61,617 nt of DNA, filler included, from Choristocarpus tenellus KU-1152 (GCA_964200185.2; 8 parts of 8 records of this genome joined end to end with filler, not necessarily neighbours in it); one strand, 5' to 3'. Positions 49,614 through 61,617 are shown, counted from the first letter of the whole stretch. Program-made: numbers and translations. The notes: generated by a model not told the origin, from the letters alone.

Positions 49614-49817
49614 CTCTCCTTCTGCCACTTCCTCCTCCTCCTCTTCTTCAGGGAGATCCCTCCCATGCCCGGGGAAGCGCATGGGCTGGCGCCGATATAT
49701 GCGCAGCATCTCGAAAGTTGTGTCACAGATCAGCCCCCAGAAGAGCTTATCCTCAACCTCGTGCTTGAGTACCAGCTTCCTGCGCTTGATGGACTTGGCA
49801 GTATCATGCGGAACATA
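49614..49817 (-). CDS. Probable coding exon of an unidentified gene
   Basis: AG|...|GT bounded, 204 nt open: YVPHDTAKSIKRRKLVLKHEVEDKLFWGLICDTTFEMLRIYRRQPMRFPGHGRDLPEEEEEEEVAEGE; another candidate exon at 51069-50981. Confidence 0.45.
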
Positions 49818-52800
49818 CTAGGAGAAAAAACATGGTGCAGAAGGGAAGAGGAGAGCGACATGCACACAACAAAGTTTCCAAGAGGTGTGTCTCAATCCTG
49901 TTGACCTGGCAAATTAGGCGGTTTGAAAATTGGCTACCCATATTATGGTACTTCTTTGGTACCATCATCGAGTACAGGACGGAGAACAAGCAAATGGATA
50001 CCATGCATGAGTCTGTTCAGCCCCATTACCAAGTAAAGAATGGCTCACCAACAAAATCCTTCACTCACTGAGGTCTACCATATTAGTCAGAAGTAAGGAA
50101 CTCAGCACTCATCAAGCCTACCAACATGTAATCATTTTCTCCTCTCATAACCCAAACATACCCTCCCCCCCACCGACAGGGGCGACAATGTGTTCGAGCC
50201 AGCAAGATCTATCCTTTCAGAAAGGGGAAGTCTGGGAAGCAAGGGGTGGCAAAGAGCAAGTGAGAGATCTCTACCGTCCCATGACTTCTCTGCAGACCAG
50301 TCACTGCCAGTCAAGACCACTTTGTCTGCTGGGCCACAGATGCCCATGCCAAACCATGAGGGCATCCTCGATTTGATGAAGAGGTGATTGACTTACACAG
50401 ATAGATTTCCCCCTTCCTTAACACTGACTGTGCTTCTCTGCTTTTTGTTTTCCTTGTCCTTTCTCAGTGGCAGAATACGTTAGAAGAAGGGAGCATATGT
50501 GCAGGAACTGTTGATGGTTGTGTGAAAATGATGGTTGGGTGGTTTAGAGCTGCACATGGTGGTTGTAGTGTGCTGTTTGTCTCGATATGGTTTAAAGTTC
50601 CTAATTGATCTTGAGGTTTTGCTTTGAAAATGCCAGGCCTAGTGTTGTGGACCATATATTTGAACAGCTGTAAACGAGATCAGATGATACTTGAATCCAT
50701 GTACTTGATTTCAATCAAGGTGTATGCATGAGTTACCACAATGCCAACAAGCCCTGTGACTGGTGAGGGACCCTACTGTATGTTTTTATTTTCAGGTGCT
50801 CTAAATTGCGTGCTCTTTTTCGACTTTACCTTTTTCAGATCTTGAAGACTTTTCTCAATTTATGTTTTGCCCCAAAAGCTGAAGACTGTGTGCTCTGAGC
50901 CTGACTGTGTCATAGGAACGTTCAGAAGATGGTGGACGGGCTTAGCCAAGATCTAGAAGTTTGAAGCTCTTTCTCCCCACCGCTTGTGGAGGACGATCAT
51001 GGCCTTGTATATGTTGTTGGGGTGCTCAGAGTCGCCCAAAGTCCGAACCATCAGAATGGCATTCCAAGTCTATTGCTCCATTCATACAATTCAAATAATT
51101 TGATCACACTCGCCCCCCCACCCTTCCCCCGAAAAACCAAAAAACACAAACCAATCCAGCTCTACACACTAAANNNNNNNNNNNNNNNNNNNNNNNNNNN
51201 NNNNNNNNNNNNNNNNNTTAATTAATTAANNNNNNNNNNNNNNNNNNNNNNNNNNNNNNNNNNNNNNNNNNNNTAGACGGCATCATGTATTATTCGTGTT
51301 GCCACCTGTAGCAAAAACGATAAAAAATATATATATATATATATATAAATCTCCCACAGTACCCCTTCTATGTGCATGTAGGTGAACATGGGCCACTAGG
51401 TGAGATGATAGATAGGTAGTAAGTACTCTGGAGATCATGAACGACCCACGCCCCCTCACTGCTGTGGCTCCTGCAGCTCACTGCACCGGCTTCCACTTCT
51501 GACAAAGATTGGCGAACATGTCATCTTGTCATGGAATGCATTCAAGCGGTTGCCGATGCTGCACTCCATCATGGAACTGACCTTGACAAATTTCGCCAAG
51601 TAGAGGAGACAACAACCAGAGCATGCCCTCCAAACGATCAGACTTTCTCCTGAATATCTAACACAAGATAGTCGACTTTGAAAATCACACAAAGCACCCC
51701 TTGTATGACGGAGGGGAAAATCCCAAAACACGGAACGCTGTATCCACCTCTATCCCTTACACCTAATAAAAAAAACTTCATTAAACCAGTGCTAGGTATG
51801 TACCTTCAACAATTCACTAAAACACGAGAGAAAACGATGACCTTGTAGCAAAATCAAAACACAACCAGTTGGTGCTGTCGTTTTATGCACCCATTACATG
51901 TGGGAGGAAAGAAAATTACATCACTTTTGCTACATACAACAGTCCCCCGCACACGTGTCACGAACAATGCTAACCCTAACCCTAACCTTTACCCCTTACA
52001 TGCAGGTAACTAAAAACGTAGCCTATGCTCAATACATCAGGATTTAATGAGAGACATTACGTACGAACAAAACTATAGAGCAAAACAAAAAAAATCACAA
52101 AATTTGGTTTTGTATCTTTTTCTCTATCTCTACCGCTTTCCTTTATATACAGTGAAAAAGATAACTAATCCTGACATATTGCTGAAACGATGCAGTTGCC
52201 TCTACTCACTTCAAGCTTTAAAAGAAAGAATATCTCATGCCATGTTCACCTTCACACCTCTTACATGCAGCAACTCCCCCCACCGGAGTTTATACTCTAT
52301 ATACCCTTCACACCTAATGGCAACATACAGAGTATAGACAACAGGAGAGTCTTCAGGAATGCTGTATCTTGTCGACGAAATGTTACAAGTGAAAACTACT
52401 CATGACTAGCCGCACACAGCGTTCCAGGAGCACCATGATGAGTGGAACTTACTTGGAGACTGAAATGTACCTACATCGAAAGTTGGGAGAACTTACTTAG
52501 TGCCAGAGGGGGATGCAGCTTACTCTCCACAACCAGATGACCTACATAAAAACAAATGCATGACTACACCATTCCAAAACAGAACTAACGAAACCACATT
52601 CTTGGGGCAACCCATCCCTTAAAGAGCATTTCGCAAATTGCTTTGACTGCAGGTACAAGGGAAGAGTGGGGGGTCTCAAGATAGTTACAAAAATATCCAT
52701 CAACCGTTTCACATCTAGCAACATTGACGCTAATGCTTTGGAGATAGTGCACTAAGTTCCAAGTACTGTTGCCCACACTCAAATTCAAGAAAAACTCTCT

Positions 52801-54500
52801 CAAGGCCACAGGACATTTTGGTCACAACCACCAAGGGCCGCTCCCACAAGAGGTCAAAACCTGCAGCTAGCTCAGCTTGGTTGTGATCATTTTTGGGCTC
52901 AGCACGGAGACCTTCGATCAGCACCTCTGGTCAGGGCAAGGAGGTGCAGTACTATAGTACATTTGTTGTTGGGTAGGAAGATAGACTAATTTTGAAACAA
53001 GTAAATGGAGGTGTAAACTGGGCAACTAATGGAGTAATGGGGTTGGCCAGGATACTGACAGGATTGGACTTGAGATATACATAGACCCGGCAATGGGGTC
53101 CCCCATGATCATGTCCCAGGTCCTGACCCCAATGTCCCAAGCATCCACCTGGGAATGCCATGACCCTCACCCAATCCAAACATCCCTTTAACTATTGTCT
53201 TCCACTTTCAAGCTGCAGAAGTATAAGAGAGTATAAGACAGTGGAAGACAAACTGTGGACATATCCTTCACTCCCAGATGGCAAGAAAAATCACATAGTG
53301 AACCATCCAGGTAGCAGGAACGCTCTCATCCATTTGGTTGTTTTCCTGGCGCAACTTGGTTAGAAATGTTCTATCACATGACCATTGTCATCTATAGCCC
53401 ACTCTGCCAAGAGCTGTTGTCCATGAGGTCGTTTTTCACTCTCCTCACATGCAGCAGGAAGATACTGTAACACCACTTAATGGAGATGGTCTACCCTTAC
53501 CATGAATTTTCTTACTGAAGTAAACACATGAAGGCTACCTGCTCCAACAGCAATTTGGTCCTGATGACTCACTAGTCATTCAAAGACATAATCTGAGACC
53601 CTGTCTCAACCATTACAAACTGAGGCATAACCACCCTTGACATGGCATGTCCACACAGTACTAAGGCACATCTGGTGAGATTGATCCCAAACAGGCTTTA
53701 TACCATAAAATTTATCATAGCATTAGTACCAAGCCAGATAACATTCCTTGTTATTTGAAATACCCTATATAAGGGTACTTTGAAGTCATGTCTCGACTGT
53801 TAACAAGCACTAAATTATGTAGCAGGGGTACATAGATACATTTCGGTTTTTAGCAATCGCTTTCATACACTGTTTTCAGGATCTAAGAATAGCATGACAA
53901 GGAGGATATTACCTTTGATTATTGCCTGAACTCTGTGCCCTTACCATAATATATTCCATGGCATTGTTCAAGACATCACGAAGCTCTAAACGGTATCAAA
54001 ACGCCCCTGACAAATTGCATCAATATAATTGGATGAATACATCATACTGAGACACATTAAATAACCATAGCGCATGGAGAATATCAAATCCTCCCCTTGA
54101 ACCTAAAGGCATCAATCATGGCACCAACATCGAAAAGTACCACCTGTGTAAGCAGGAGGAGCAAAATGTTGCTATTTCTCTGCCTTCATTAATACAAATT
54201 TTCACAATGACATCTCACCAAAGCCAACCAAATCTTAGCATGGCAAGAAAATACACCAACTCATCAAATAATTCCACATGAGGATCAAACAAAATCAAAC
54301 TCCTCACCCACCTACAGTTCTCTATCAAAACATTATTCTGCTCTGTCTGTAGTTAGATTTCCAATGCCCCTATCATTACAGGTAATGTTTCTGCTGAGTC
54401 TTCAATTGTGAGTGTACTACAACAGGTATCCCAGCATATATATTTGTATCAAAATAAAAAATATATATAGACAGGTGTAGAATTTCGATATGACCCTCAC

Positions 54501-54629
54501 CATATCCAAGTTGCTTGCATAGTACCCCAGGACGGTCAGGAGGACAAACTGGATCACAGTTCCGATGAATCCAAAGCTAAAGATGTAATGGAAGAACTTG
54601 AAGAAATTACGCTTTTTTAGGGCATAACC
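54501..54629 (-). CDS. Na+/H+ exchanger (CPA1, NHE/NHX family) internal exon
   Basis: CAG|...|GTGAG exon of 129 nt encoding GYALKKRNFFKFFHYIFSFGFIGTVIQFVLLTVLGYYASNLDM, matching the NHE G(Y/F)xLKKxxFFxN...FGxxGT segment. Neighbouring exons not recognised. Confidence 0.75.
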
Positions 54630-55094
54630 CTGCTTGTTTTAGACCACAAAATCGGAGAGTGAAATTGAAGTACACATTAGAGTTTATCTGGAATGGGCAT
54701 CTTGTTAGACTTGAATAAAAATATGTAGCACAAGGACACACTAACAGGTACAAGGGGCCAAAAAGCGGTCCATATCAAGGCAATGGTGGTCCATGGTGCT
54801 GCTAAAGGATATATCCATGGCAATCCAAGCCAACGCAAGTACATGTGTGAATTGCATGGATTGGAGAATGTGCATTTCCTAGATTAGAATGTAAACACAC
54901 ATGTTTACAATAGCAAAAAAGGTTACACATATACAGGGGGAAGGGTGGGGGGGGGGGGGTGATACAAAGGCCAACTACAATAATTAAGACAGTTNNNNNN
55001 NNNNNNNNNNNNNNNNNNNNNNNNNNNNNNNNNNNNNNTTAATTAATTAANNNNNNNNNNNNNNNNNNNNNNNNNNNNNNNNNNNNNNNNNNNN

Positions 55095-55238
55095 TGTACT
55101 AGTAATCAAAAATGATATTAATAATCTATTGTTGATGATAGATGCTGTCTTTGCTATTAGTACTGTATTAGTAATCAGAAATGATATTAATAATCTATTG
55201 TTGATGATAGATACTGCCTTTGTTATTAATGCTATATC
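55095..55238. repeat. 69-bp tandem repeat (2 copies, cut by contig start)
   Basis: AGTAATCA.AAATGATATTAATAATCTATTGTTGATGATAGAT repeats with period 69. Confidence 0.85.
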
Positions 55239-55370
55239 AATGATCAGTCCTTCCTGACTTGAATCCTGTCCTATATCCTATCTCTCACCCCAGTGTTGAC
55301 TTATGACCTTTTATCCCCATTGCTTGAAATCCGCCTCTTCCCTTCCCTTCCATTTTTATTTTTTATTGTT

Positions 55371-55605
55371 GCATTTTTTTTAATATACTCCTAAAATGTT
55401 TGATGATGTGAATGGACATGTGCAATAGCATTTTCTTTTTAAATATACTCCTAAGATGTTTGATGATGGAAATGGACACGTGCAATAGCATTTTCTTTTT
55501 AAATATACTCCTAAGATGTTTGATGATGGAAATGGACACATGCAATAGCATTTTCTTTTTAAATATACTCCTAAAATGTTTGATGATGGAAATGGACACG
55601 TGCAA
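55371..55605. repeat. 60-bp minisatellite (about 4 copies)
   Basis: Unit TGCAATAGCATTTTCTTTTTAAATATACTCCTAAGATGTTTGATGATGGAAATGGACACG. Confidence 0.95.
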
Positions 55606-55614
55606 CAACTTCAG

Positions 55615-55741
55615 CTGAAGGCCAAACTGGACGCAATTGTTCGTGCACTGGGTGTTCCTGTGGAGGTTTATCTTAGCTGTGAGGATGACTACTTCCGAAA
55701 GGTATGACTATATGCACATAATACATACATACATACATACA

Positions 55742-55772
<31 letters not shown>

Positions 55773-56640
55773 GTTCATATAGACTATAATATATAACGTA
55801 GACATGGTTACATGTAGAGAAAAGAAATACCTATCCCTCTTCTTGCCCTGTGCCATCCCGTCGTATCCCTAACCCTTGAATGTTCTGGAGTTTAGGTTAT
55901 CGCTTTTGTCCCTGAGTGTGTGTCTTTTAGGGCTAGGGTTACACCGATCAAAATGTTTATATTATGTGCCTTTTCAGGTTAGGGTTACACCAATCAAAAT
56001 GTTTATATTATGTGCCTTTTCAGGTTAGGGTTACACCAATCAAAATGTTTATATTATTTCTCTTTTCAGGTTAGGGTTACACCAATCAAAATGTTTATAT
56101 TATTTCTCTTTTCAGGTTAGGGTTACACCAATCAAAATGTTTATATTATGCTGAGACCATGAGTGCAATGTATAGATAGCACCTTCTGCTCAGTAGTAAA
56201 GAAATAGAGCTGAAAGAGTAGTATATATGTACATACACTATATGCACAAAAATTCCTATATACATATGTATCGTATGCTCATACTGTATACTATCAGAAT
56301 GTATGTCAAGAATACAGTAACCACACACACACACACACGCAACCCTTTTTTTATTGTTTGTAGTATGTATACGCATGTTTTATTTTTTTACCGTTCCTTT
56401 GCTCACCGCACGTGCGTCGGATGCCCGCAGCCCCGTCCTGGGTGCTGGAAGCTTCTAGTGGGCGCACGTGGTGGTCATGGCGGTGTTGGTGTTGGTTTTG
56501 GTAGTGTTGGGGCGGGCGATGACGGAGGGGAGGAGAGCGTTAACAGTAGTGATGGTGTGATCCCAATTGTTCCTGTCCTGGCAGACTGTCTCTATGTTGG
56601 TGATGCTGCTGGAAGGCCTAAATGTGGTACTCGTAAGAAG
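55615..56640 (+). CDS. PNKP: Polynucleotide kinase 3'-phosphatase (HAD phosphatase domain), two internal exons
   Basis: Exons 55615-55701 (LKAKLDAIVRALGVPVEVYLSCEDDYFRK) and 56431-56640 (PRPGCWKLL...CLYVGDAAGRPKCGTRKK) give the RKPxxGxW and YVGDAAGR motifs of PNK3P. Confidence 0.85.
55721..55771. repeat. (ATAC)n microsatellite
   Basis: Read directly. Confidence 0.95.
55934..56150. repeat. 46-bp minisatellite (about 4.7 copies) in the PNKP intron
   Basis: Unit TAGGGTTACACCAATCAAAATGTTTATATTATGTGCCTTTTCAGGT starting at 55934, 55980, 56026, 56072 and 56118. Confidence 0.95.
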
Positions 56641-56734
56641 GTGAGAGGTGAATTGAAGGATAAGGGCAGCCCCGGTCCTAACCCCTGATTGAATTGAATT
56701 GAGTTGAGTAAGGGGAGGAAGGAGTCGGCTTTAT

Positions 56735-56768
56735 CCAACCCTAACCCTAACCCTAACCCTAGCCCTGA
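56735..56768. repeat. Interstitial telomere-like (CCCTAA)n tract
   Basis: CAACCCTAACCCTAACCCTAACCCTAGCCCTGA; shorter tracts near 13671, 51971 and 57558. Confidence 0.8.
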
Positions 56769-57316
56769 CGCAGGCTGGCTCGAACCTGTTTTCCCTAACC
56801 CTAGACCGATGCGGATGCGGATGAGAGTCTTGTGTCTTTTGCGTCAACTCCAACCCTTGTTTTTTTTATTATTATTTTTTTAAATGTGACGACTGCTTTG
56901 ACTCCCTCATCTCCTTGTGGACAAGAGAGTGATCTCCAGTCAGTCAGTCAGTCAGTCAGTCAGTCCTTCTGAACCGTATATGGTTTATTTTTATTTCAAT
57001 GCAACTGCTACGTTAATAGTATATACCAATAACATCACAGTAACATCACAGTAACATCCACAATGCCAATAGAAAGTCAGAGGGGCCGTCGAAAATCAGT
57101 GGTGATCCCCCCCCCCTCCCCCCCCCAACCTCCCCCCCACCATGGTTTCTTTGATATTCTAGGTACACTCTTACCCTGTGAATACTGAAGGCGTAACATA
57201 AATACGCCTGCCTTGTACTATTACACTCCAATAAGTGTGATGGGGGGTTGGTTGGTTGGTTGTTGTGAGCTGACCACTGTATGGTGTATGGCATTCATCA
57301 CTGATGATTTTACTCT

Positions 57317-57582
57317 GAGCCAAAGTATCTTAGAGGGTAGAGCTGCGTCCATTTGGGGGGGTCAAATTCCAAATGTTGCGATTTGGATGTAATTTTGGCT
57401 ATCGTGTTTGTTAGGAAGTGTCAATATCCTTGTTTCGGACACACCTTTTCATGACGTATACCTTTTACCGACTCCTAAACATTTTGGAGCAGGAAAATGC
57501 CAAGAAAGATCCCATGGGAAGCCAAGCCACAAATGGACGAACAGGGTATAACTTGTACCCTAACCCTAAGATACTTTCACTC
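57317..57582. mobile_element. MITE family B
   Basis: GAGCCAAAGTATCTTAGAGGGTA...CTAAGATACTTTCACTC; TSD imperfect (TCT/TGT). Confidence 0.88.
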
Positions 57583-58019
57583 TGTATTTGTCTGTTGTAT
57601 TGATTTTGTCATTGATTTGAAACTCCCAACCCTAAACGCATTTTTTTTTTACTTGATTCTTTGTTTTCTATTATTATCTTAATCTTTCAGGGGCTGAACT
57701 TCCAACCCTAACCTTTTGCTTTTATGTTTTATTGTTGATTCGAATTTTTGGCCTTGAGATAAGAAAGTGCATTGTTTTCATTATTATTAGCCTTTGAGTT
57801 GCCATTCCTCTTAAAAAAAATATCTATCTATCTATATATATATATATATGTAGTTTTCCCACGAGATGCAATACCAGCAATAACTTTGTGCACAGAAATT
57901 CGATAACGTTTACACACTTNNNNNNNNNNNNNNNNNNNNNNNNNNNNNNNNNNNNNNNNNNNNTTAATTAATTAANNNNNNNNNNNNNNNNNNNNNNNNN
58001 NNNNNNNNNNNNNNNNNNN

Positions 58020-58089
58020 CATCAAAATCGCAACATTAGATTTTAGCCCTCAAATGGACGCGGCTCTACCCTCTAAGATACTTTGGCTC
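58020..58089. mobile_element. MITE family B end at contig start
   Basis: CAAATGGACGCGGCTCTACCCTCTAAGATACTTTGGCTC. Confidence 0.85.
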
Positions 58090-61000
58090 AGTTCTCCATG
58101 CGTTTCCCTGCCTCTTTGCATCATCTAACGGACCACATAGAGCAAGAAACCAGGACATACATATACACTCCACGTATGCAATAACAATTGACTGCCATGA
58201 CATGTAGCAGTCTCAAACGCAGATGTAGTCATAATACAACCAGAACATATATTATTGACTTGCACCATTAGCCGGTATCTGTTGTTCGCAGGGATAGAGT
58301 GGGTTTTGTGGGCTACAGCGATAGTCAGTTCTGGCTCAAATAGCGTGCGCATAAATAGTGGTGATGAGCAAAGCAGGCACTCCAATACTTAGTGCTGAAA
58401 ATCGAAAGTATTTTGTGAGCATACCAAATACATAAAATTTTTGAATGCCTCAAAATATCTCCATGTTCCTCAAAAATATCATAACTACGATTTACTCGTG
58501 GAGTATAAAATCATCGAAACGTGAAGAAAGGGCACGAATTGAGGGGCGAGGATCGCCGAGCTCTGCGATCAAGATACACAGGTCGCGTTTGTCCGCAAAA
58601 ACAACCCATCAATAATTACATAATTGCCCCTTAATTTTCACTACCAACGAGAAGAACAACAACACAGGTCATGACCAAAACCAACTGGGCAGAAGAAATA
58701 TATATTGTGCAGTAGGTCCAATAGCTTCTTTGTAAGAACACAAGAGAACACTTCCATAAGAACCAATCTTATCCACAGCAAAAAAAAAACAGTAGTACGA
58801 CACCGAAATAATCAATGCAGACACCACAATACTCAGTACAACAAATCAAGCACAACGACAAAACACGAAATCTATGTAACCTATCTCCTTGAATTCAACA
58901 AAACTCAAACACAAAAGATTTTTGGTCAAGAGGCTTGGTCCATTAGCAACAGTGTCACGTTAAGAAAAGGAATCGTTTTGGGGGGTATTGTTGGTGTTGT
59001 CAGAAGCAGCAGAAAAACCAGGATATAAGGGCAAAACAGCCCTTGCCTTTCCCTTGCTATTAGACTTAGCTACAGTCCAGTTCAAGGCCTCTCCTACCCT
59101 CACAGAATGCCTCCAAGAAATAATCCCTTTGGCTGACTTGCTGTACATTACAAAACTCGTCTTCCCTCTTTCCTTGCTCCTCCACCTCACCTTTACAATC
59201 TCTAAGGCATAATAATACATACAAAGCAAGGCCAAAAAAATATATCCATAATTTCTACATCTACGAAAAACCAAACTTGAACACGTCACTGTCCCATGCA
59301 AAATACCACAAACATAGGGATGACAAAACTCATCAAACCATAGCCTCATTCAGAGGAATATGACCAAGCACAACAGTCTTGAAGTCATGGGGCAAATGTA
59401 TCGGGCTCCCTGCAGTTCAAGGATTAGCTCAGGAGAAGGGTTGCTTGATATAGACCCCTGCTAACAGGGTGCAGGAAAAATAATCCAGCCACTATCTTCC
59501 AACAATTCCCCAACTCAGGATAGAGCCTTGTGGCAAAGGCAAGGCACAGCAAAAGCTGTCACGATCCAGCCTGACTCTGCTCCCACTCCTTGTACCTTAC
59601 AAGGGAGAGACCGGTATATTCAAAGGGTGTGGGAGAAGGAAGGTACGTGATGAGTCTTGGATTGAACATTCTCACATGTTGCAATTTCACTGGTACAGAT
59701 TTCTTGCACTCCGCTATTGAGTGCTGGCTCTCAACAAAGCAACAAACGAGCACAACGGAGACAGAAAGTGTGCCAATATATAAATATAAAAACAAATAAA
59801 TAATAAATATACTTGTATATTCGTGTATCGTATAGAGCTGCAATAAGAAGAGAACCACACCACACGGCTGCACCTCAAGAACAAAGAAAATACAGGCACA
59901 GAAAAACAGTAAGTACAAAATAACATACACATACATAAATACATATTTCTTTCCTGGCAGTAAGCTTTACTGCCGATAACAAAAATATGTATCCAGCTCA
60001 ATGTGACGTGCACCTCTGGCCTGGTACTACATTAGAATGCCACCCAAAGCGGACGATACATCTGCACCATGTACTGCTTGTACCGTAACGAAACTGAAAC
60101 CACCGTACCTACCCACTATGTACACATTGTGGGCAACTAATATCACCCAACTTCAGGTACATTTTGTTGACAGCAAGCAGGATCCAAAAACTCCTCATGA
60201 TTGTCCCAACAAACAACAACAACAACAACTGAAACTATGTCATGTGACAGAGCGGGCAGTATCAGAACGAAAAAAGGTCAAAAATATGGTTCTATAGCCG
60301 CACTTTTTTCTGTACCAAAACAGGAGAAAAAAAATTAAATTAAAAAGCAATGTTTTTGCGACCCTTGATTTGTCTGAGTGGAGACAGCAGTTCTTCATTT
60401 CGTCAAAAATGTGTTGTACAGTACCTTTTCATGACAATTTTGTCTTACTCTGTGAAACTCAGAGAGATTTTGATTCCGTGACAAACTCTTACCGATTTTT
60501 TCACACTACTTCCAGTACTACTTGCAACATACAACATTAACTACTATTATTATTATTACTATTACTATTACAAAAAGCAGAACAAAAAGAGCACAAAGAA
60601 AATACTCAGAATCAAATAAAAAAGAAAAAAATTGGGACTAGGGTAATACCCACCTGCAACAAAAAATACTATTGTATCGTAATTCATCAAAAGCCCATGG
60701 GAGTCCACTTCATCGCCACCTTCACCAACAAACAGGCTAACAAACCAACCGGTGGTCACAAAGCACATGATACAGCGATGATGTCCACAAGCTCTGAAAA
60801 GCAGGGGAGTCATCGATTTCCCCCAAGAAATCACGGGTGCCAACCGAATCATGAGAGAGCAGGTGGGCCAGCATAGCAATAGCATGCAACCTATGTAACA
60901 CTGTTGACAGTATACACCACAACCACCACCCAACAGGTGGTATGTACCACAGTGGTCACACCAGACTATTGATGACACCAACCACCCTTTCAGAGTCACT

Positions 61001-61617
61001 CAAATAATCTCAACAAAAAATATGTATCTCATTTTCTCACCATTTTACACAACCTTCCTGGAAGGGAAAGTTTGAACAGCAACATTAGATTCACAAAAAA
61101 ATAAATAAATATATATATATATATATATATATGTTTTTCTTGTGAGCCAAAAACGGCCCTTACCCTCCCCTCTCTCCCAAGACCACCACAACCCACCAAA
61201 CAGTGCACACACAAATGTTGAAACTATAGTAAGCCCCTGAGTGACCTGAGCTACCTGAGCATATAGATAGTTACAGTACCTCAGGGGTTTTACTAATGTT
61301 GCAAAAAAAAATATACCCCCGTAGCTTCGAACCCTGACATGGTTACACATCCATCAAAAGGATAAGCACCCCCACCCCACAAGGACACCCAACCTGACTT
61401 TGAACAACAGACCTGCCCAAGTTAAACACCGATCAGAGGGATAGCAATCCTCAGGCAAAACCTCACCAGGTCCAATAGCTTGCAATACCCGGGATTTTTA
61501 GCTCTTGTCAAAACCTTAGTAAACCCCTGACCTAACGAGCAGATATTCAGCTGAAAAATGCTTGAACACACAAAATACTCCTTCACCCCCCCCCCCCCCC
61601 CCCCGCCCATCACCCCC

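Noticed and set aside
55363-55618. Repeat-protein ORFs (MLHVSISIIKH.../MDTCNSIFFL...)
   Set aside because: These are by-products of a 60-bp minisatellite whose period is divisible by three.
55371-56150. CRISPR-like arrays
   Set aside because: Units are head-to-tail with no unique spacers, there are no cas genes, and the context is eukaryotic introns.
12762-58019. Recurring TTAATTAATTAA palindrome between N runs, and any cluster linking haloperoxidase, dynein, NHE and PNKP
   Set aside because: The spacers are identical synthetic joins, so genes on different contigs cannot be treated as neighbours.
58940-59720. Possible LINE C-terminal remnant on the minus strand
   Set aside because: The resemblance is too weak to support without a profile search.

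Overview
This is eukaryotic genomic DNA, most likely from a brown alga or close stramenopile relative. That call is an inference from the intron-rich genes, the algal-type vanadium haloperoxidase, the axonemal dynein and the TTAGGG-type repeats. The window is not one continuous locus. Eight contigs are joined by seven identical 100-bp artificial spacers (N44-TTAATTAATTAA-N44), so gene neighbourhood across spacers means nothing. Spliced genes rebuilt by hand: (1) a large + strand gene with a jacalin-like domain; (2) a WD40-repeat gene; (3) an 11-repeat ankyrin ORF; (4) 13 exons of an outer-arm-type dynein heavy chain, including one GC-AG intron; (5) 10 exons of a vanadium-dependent haloperoxidase with the iodoperoxidase-like HPSYPAGH motif, a frameshift and an in-frame stop (probable pseudogene); (6) one Na+/H+ exchanger exon; (7) two exons of polynucleotide kinase 3'-phosphatase. 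Mobile DNA is dense: about 19 copies or ends of two related MITE families sharing a CAAAGTATCT terminal core, a LINE remnant with two nested insertions, a mariner-like transposase relic, an LTR with a primer-binding site, and weaker Copia and Mutator relics. I found no clearly new multi-gene system. The best leads are the decaying iodoperoxidase-like gene, the MITE pair that may differ in TSD length, and an intronic 46-bp array of AG|GT splice-like units.
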